Source of the DNA: Amoebophrya sp. A120
Lineage: Eukaryota; Protista; Dinoflagellata
Assembly: GCA_905178155.1 (NCBI GenBank)
Contig: CAJINV010000001.1
Coordinates: forward strand, 3,153,675 to 3,217,674
Length of the DNA: 64,000 bases
Direction: 5' to 3'
Under the pieces are notes generated by a model, which saw only the letters and a program-made list of their open reading frames with translations, ran no database searches and was not told the origin of the DNA. Numbering within the stretch: position 1 is the first letter of the stretch; each line of letters starts with the position of its first letter. A program made the position numbers and the translations under genes. Shown here piece by piece: positions 59,801-64,000 of this stretch.

Positions 59801-60477
59801 GTTCCTATACGCGGTAGCACCAGCCGACGCGGTGCTGCTACTTCCACTGGAAGAAGCTGTTGCGGCCATCGTTAGACATCAAGAAGAAAAATCCCTATCT
59901 CCGCTCGCCATATCAAAACGGAAGTCTGTGATGGAGATTTGTGGTCACAGATCAGCTTTGTCATGTTAGAAGGGAAAAGATGCGGACTGTAGTACTGGGT
60001 TGCGTGGGAAAGCCTTTGCTTCATCTTCAGCATGACAGGAAGCAGTGCAGCTGGAGGTGGGAGACAGCATGACAAATTGCCTGCAAACGAGGCCACAACT
60101 GCGGCTCTTGGCCCTCTAGCAATACCAGTCGATTTGCGTACTCAAATACAGCAAAAAAAATTTCGTTTCCGATATGGGGAAGGGTTTTTTTTTCTTTTGG
60201 ATATTAGGTTCCTATTCTTCTCCGCTTCTTCCGCGGCCGCGGCGGCTCGCTTCGCTTCCTGCTTCTCGGCCACGTAGTACTCCATGTCCTGCAGAGAAAT
60301 TTTGTCGACGGCTCGCCAGCAGGTCCCGCTGCGGACCAAGTACCGCTCCGGTGCGGGAATGACCGCGTTCGGGTCCGCCCATTCGACCAGGTAGTAGGAC
60401 CAGTCGTACAGGTGCGAATCCAGCCAGTGATAAAACGCAAACAAGGAACTCCAACTGGCGCCGAAGCCGAAGGTCAT
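56807..60477 (-). CDS. Multi-exon hypothetical protein with low-complexity centre and C-terminal hydrophobic segment
   Basis: MTFGFGASW...KNRNL-TMAATASS (across the introner), ...YRHPR-WKKIQPY (GT-AG), ...EFVLIW-VERGPWWNGF...DVE-stop (GT-AG) all join in phase. Confidence 0.75.
59877..60203. mobile_element. Decayed introner (327 bp, DR TTAGA/TTAGG)
   Basis: Degenerate TIR (CATCAAGAAGAAAAATCCCT..CCATATC vs the inverted right end TATCCAAAAGAAAAAAAAACCCT..CCATATC); internal GCATGACA motifs; removal restores frame. Confidence 0.75.
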
Positions 60478-61271
60478 TGTGGAAGATAGTAATGACGAAA
60501 AGTAGAGGTTTAATGATGAATACAGCGTTCTTGTACAACTTGCGAAGCGCTTGAAGAACACGCTCTTCACATCACGGCTCTGTAGTTCTCGCTTCTACTT
60601 GCAAGCAAGCGCAAGCAGAACAACCTACGAGAAAGCTACGTACAGTTGTAGGCGTCGATATTGATCTACTACCGTAGGAGTAGCAATACACACGATAGTG
60701 GTCGCGTTCATCCGGTCGTCAACGCCCGAAACAAATCGCTATGTGGACGGCCGCTTAGTTGTATCAAGGCCTCGTCCATCAAATAAACCTCGGAAAGATA
60801 GTAAGCACAACACTTGTTCCCACAATCGCTGAAGCGGAAGCCTGCTGCTCAAAAAATAAATCGACACACAATCTTCACACCATTCGGGCGAACTCGCGAC
60901 GCCACAGCGAAAGAAACAAACGCATCATCGTCATTATCGTCTATCGCGCCCTGGGAGGGCGTGCATGCGGTCTATGAACACTCGAGTGTATCTTTTTCAA
61001 AAGAGCACTCTTGTCAAAACGACTAGTGCTGCTGGTGTTTTCAGGTATTGTTTCTCGCAGAAGCTCTCTCCTTATCTTTGGTCGCAGATATGACATAATT
61101 GAAATACACGTGATGTCACGACCCAACGTCGAGATTTTGTTTCCGCGCAAATTGATGACGAGGCGTTGCGTCCGGTTGATTTGATTTTCAACTAGTTACG
61201 GTCGTGCCCTTCTTTGCTAGCTCAAGTTTTCATATAGTAAACGTTCAAGTTTTCATGTTCCTTCTTTTCAA

Positions 61272-63659
61272 CTAGTAAACGTTCAAGTTTTCATATTCCT
61301 CATTTCCACCCCCATTGAAGAACTCCGGATCCCCCTCTCCACCGCCCGCGGCCACAGCCCCACCAGCTCTGCCCTGCATGAAGAGAACACCTCCGATTCC
61401 CACACCGACGAGACCCAGCACGCCACCAACGATCAGCGCCACGGTGCTCAAACCGGCGCCCGTTTCGTCATCCTCGCCCGTCGCCGTTTCCTTCGAAGCG
61501 GCGGCTGGTGCTGGCGCAGCGGTCGTGGTTGTAGTAGGACAAGTTGGGTCCTCCGGGTTCATTAGTTGCAATCCTGATTTTCCGACCGCGGCGCATTCTT
61601 TCTTGTACTCTGCTTTGTTCTCTTCGTAGGATTCTTCCGAGAGCAGTCCAGCGTCGATGAAGGTTTGCAAAATCCCAACAGGAGTGTCCATGGGATTGCA
61701 GTTTTCCATTTTCATGTATTCCACTGCCTTGCACCAACACAGTTGCGACAAGAACGTGCACGCTTCCGGAGTCGTATCTTCTCTGAACGGAGAGAAGGCC
61801 TCGGCATTATGCTTCTCGTCTAGGGAAGAGGTGTCGGTGCATACGCCGCAGTTTTCAATGCACTTCGCCCTGCATCCGTCATCTGTTTCGGCTGTTGCGC
61901 AACCTTCATTACACGACGGCCAAGTCCCGGTAAACCAGGCGTGGTGCTGGTCAGCAATGAGGTTTTTTGCGTCCTGTATTTTAGCAATGAGGTTTTTTGC
62001 GTCCTGTATTTTCGTCATCTCAGAGGCAAACTCGTGATCGCACATGTTCGCGGAAAGCTCGACAAAGATGGGAAGAAGAAGATTCTGAACACTTCCAGCG
62101 GGACCGCAGTTTTGAAACCAGTCCACTTCCGCATCTTTGCAGGCTTGGTCGCTGCTTGCACAGGCCGGATAAGCGAGGCCGAACAAATCGTCGCCGCTTG
62201 AATTCTGGGCGAAACAGTGGGTGAAAAACGTGTTGCACTTTTCCATGCAGGTGTTCACTATGGAAGAACCGCTCTCATCAACCGCAGAGAGACCGCAAAA
62301 CTGATAGAGCGGCACATAGTGGAAGATACACACGTGGCCACCGACCTCGTAATCAGTACAGGCGGCTTCCTTGGCGCTGGAGCCGTAGATGCCTTCTATT
62401 TTTCGGCCGCAGTAGTTCGGGTCCGTCAAGTACTCGGTCCGGTTCGTATCGCGGCAGTCTTTCACACCCGTCCAGCCATTCGTGTACGCAGCTGGGCTTC
62501 TCTTCTGAAGCAGTTGCTCGGACCACGACGAGACCGGGCGCCCGCTCTCGTGTTCTTTCCGCAGCAGGTGAAGACCACTGGTCGCATTGTTCCGCGTAGC
62601 TGCTGCAGGAGCGCCACGAGCCGAGATTTTCCTGGAAGCGATTTTCATCCTCTCCACTGCTGAGGCGATGTCGTCCTTGATGCGTGTCTTTGCCGTGGCG
62701 TTCTTGGTTTTTGACGTCGGCATCTTCCGCATCTCCTGGGAGTTGACTAGTACGGGTAGTTGTGATGTCTCGCGCCCGCGACCGCCGGCAGCATCATGAT
62801 GATAGTTGTCGTTGCCGGTGTTGCTCTTTGCGGTTTTAGACGGCACGACAGTGGGAAAAGCACTAGCCGAGAAATTCATCAAACTCATGGCAGCACTGTT
62901 GGCATTTTTTCCGGTGGTCGCGTGGTCCGACGTCACCCCAGAAGAAGTGGAGGGCTTTAAGGTTTGACTCTCGCCGCTGCTGCCGTCGGATGTGAACGAC
63001 AGCACGGACGCGTTGTAGTGCTGCTGCTGTGCCATGGTACTGGTACTATTTTGTCGTGTGCTAGTACTTGAGGACACAACCTGCTGCGTTTTTTTTGCCG
63101 ACAAAGTTCTCATGATCTCTGGCTCGTTTTCACCCCCCTCTGCGTCGTCCACAATTTTTGTGTTGCCACGCCGCTTGTGCTGCTCCTGCTTGATGTTCTT
63201 GTTCTCCACCAATGCAGACGTTGGAAAATTCGCCGAAGATGAACTTTTAGCCCTGGAAGTACTAGACGACCGATGATCATCTACTTGCTGCTCTTCGCCC
63301 TGGTCTGAATCTTCCTCTAGTCCCTCGCCCTCGGTGAGGACCACCGCATCCGCATCCATCTTCACGCGGCCTCGACCCGAGAATGCGGAAGAAGTCCGTG
63401 GGGATTCAGCAGCTTGTGCCTGGTGCACACCACCAGCAGTTGGCGCAGTCAACGTCGATATCTTCGTCGAGTCCACCGATACATCCAGTGCATACGAAGT
63501 GGAACACGTACTGGAAAATACTAGTAGACCACCCGGTGCTGCGAGGAATCCGAGCGTGGAAAGGATCCGAGAAGGTGCCGACAGCTGCGAACGCTGCAGT
63601 GCACCTGGGGTGGAGCTGCCGTTCGGGTTCGCGTTCATTTCTCCAGGAGCTCGCATCAT
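61272..63659 (-). CDS. Type I-like membrane surface protein with Cys-rich ectodomain and short acidic tail
   Basis: 795-aa ORF: N-terminal hydrophobic stretch, Cys-rich region, Thr-rich stalk, TM (VALIVGGVLGLVGVGIGGVLFM), tail ending YENLNVY. Confidence 0.8.
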   Translation of the reverse strand: MMRAPGEMNANPNGSSTPGALQRSQLSAPSRILSTLGFLAAPGGLLVFSSTCSTSYALDVSVDSTKISTLTAPTAGGVHQAQAAESPRTSSAFSGRGRVKMDADAVVLTEGEGLEEDSDQGEEQQVDDHRSSSTSRAKSSSSANFPTSALVENKNIKQEQHKRRGNTKIVDDAEGGENEPEIMRTLSAKKTQQVVSSSTSTRQNSTSTMAQQQHYNASVLSFTSDGSSGESQTLKPSTSSGVTSDHATTGKNANSAAMSLMNFSASAFPTVVPSKTAKSNTGNDNYHHDAAGGRGRETSQLPVLVNSQEMRKMPTSKTKNATAKTRIKDDIASAVERMKIASRKISARGAPAAATRNNATSGLHLLRKEHESGRPVSSWSEQLLQKRSPAAYTNGWTGVKDCRDTNRTEYLTDPNYCGRKIEGIYGSSAKEAACTDYEVGGHVCIFHYVPLYQFCGLSAVDESGSSIVNTCMEKCNTFFTHCFAQNSSGDDLFGLAYPACASSDQACKDAEVDWFQNCGPAGSVQNLLLPIFVELSANMCDHEFASEMTKIQDAKNLIAKIQDAKNLIADQHHAWFTGTWPSCNEGCATAETDDGCRAKCIENCGVCTDTSSLDEKHNAEAFSPFREDTTPEACTFLSQLCWCKAVEYMKMENCNPMDTPVGILQTFIDAGLLSEESYEENKAEYKKECAAVGKSGLQLMNPEDPTCPTTTTTAAPAPAAASKETATGEDDETGAGLSTVALIVGGVLGLVGVGIGGVLFMQGRAGGAVAAGGGEGDPEFFNGGGNEEYENLNVY

Positions 63660-64000
63660 GGTATGGTGACTTCTTCTGGAAAGTTGCCACAGGCAGCCGT
63701 GACAAAGAGGCCACTCCTCATAGAGTTGTTCAGATTAGCTGCTGGCCTTAATGCAATAGATCGGAAATTATTTCCATACGCTACGAAGAATTTTTGTATG
63801 ATCATGCAACACAATACAATACTGATTCAAAGAAAGCATTCGCGATTTGCGGCCCGAGCCTCACGTAGAGACGAGCGATATGTGTTCCGAAGGGATGGCT
63901 GCGAGAACTTGGATGATGGAACTTTTCAACCTCACTCTTGCGATTTATTCACTCTGTTCCGCCTTAGTGCTCTGCTTCTCACAGCTTCATCGACCTCACT

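Overview
Gene-dense eukaryotic DNA. All 19 protein genes I can reconstruct lie on the minus strand. The combination of a unidirectional gene block, a dinoflagellate-type spliced-leader relic and TIR-bounded non-canonical introns points to a syndinian dinoflagellate such as Amoebophrya (inferred, not verified). The main signal is a set of 12 MITE-like 'introner' elements. They have terminal inverted repeats, TAT...ATA ends (CAT at the left end of one decayed copy) and 5-bp direct repeats, and all sit inside coding sequence. Removing the element plus one repeat copy restores the reading frame in all 12 cases; for example, an AN1 zinc finger appears only after these removals. None can be given GT-AG ends. 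Unrelated TIR families share a repeated TGTNATGC motif, and one element occurs in both orientations in same-strand genes. One introner has grown to 2.4 kb by nested cargo that contains a duplicated 94-nt covarying structure and a perfect 46-bp palindrome; another carries a 160-bp insert with a 21-bp target duplication. Other features are a probable spliced-leader-marked retrogene beside a duplicated upstream region, a hairpin satellite in a probable large intron, and genes for TTL-family, WWE-PARP, DedA/TMEM41, ankyrin, ubiquitin-like, SHIPPO-repeat and FkbM-like proteins. All gene models and alignments were made by eye.
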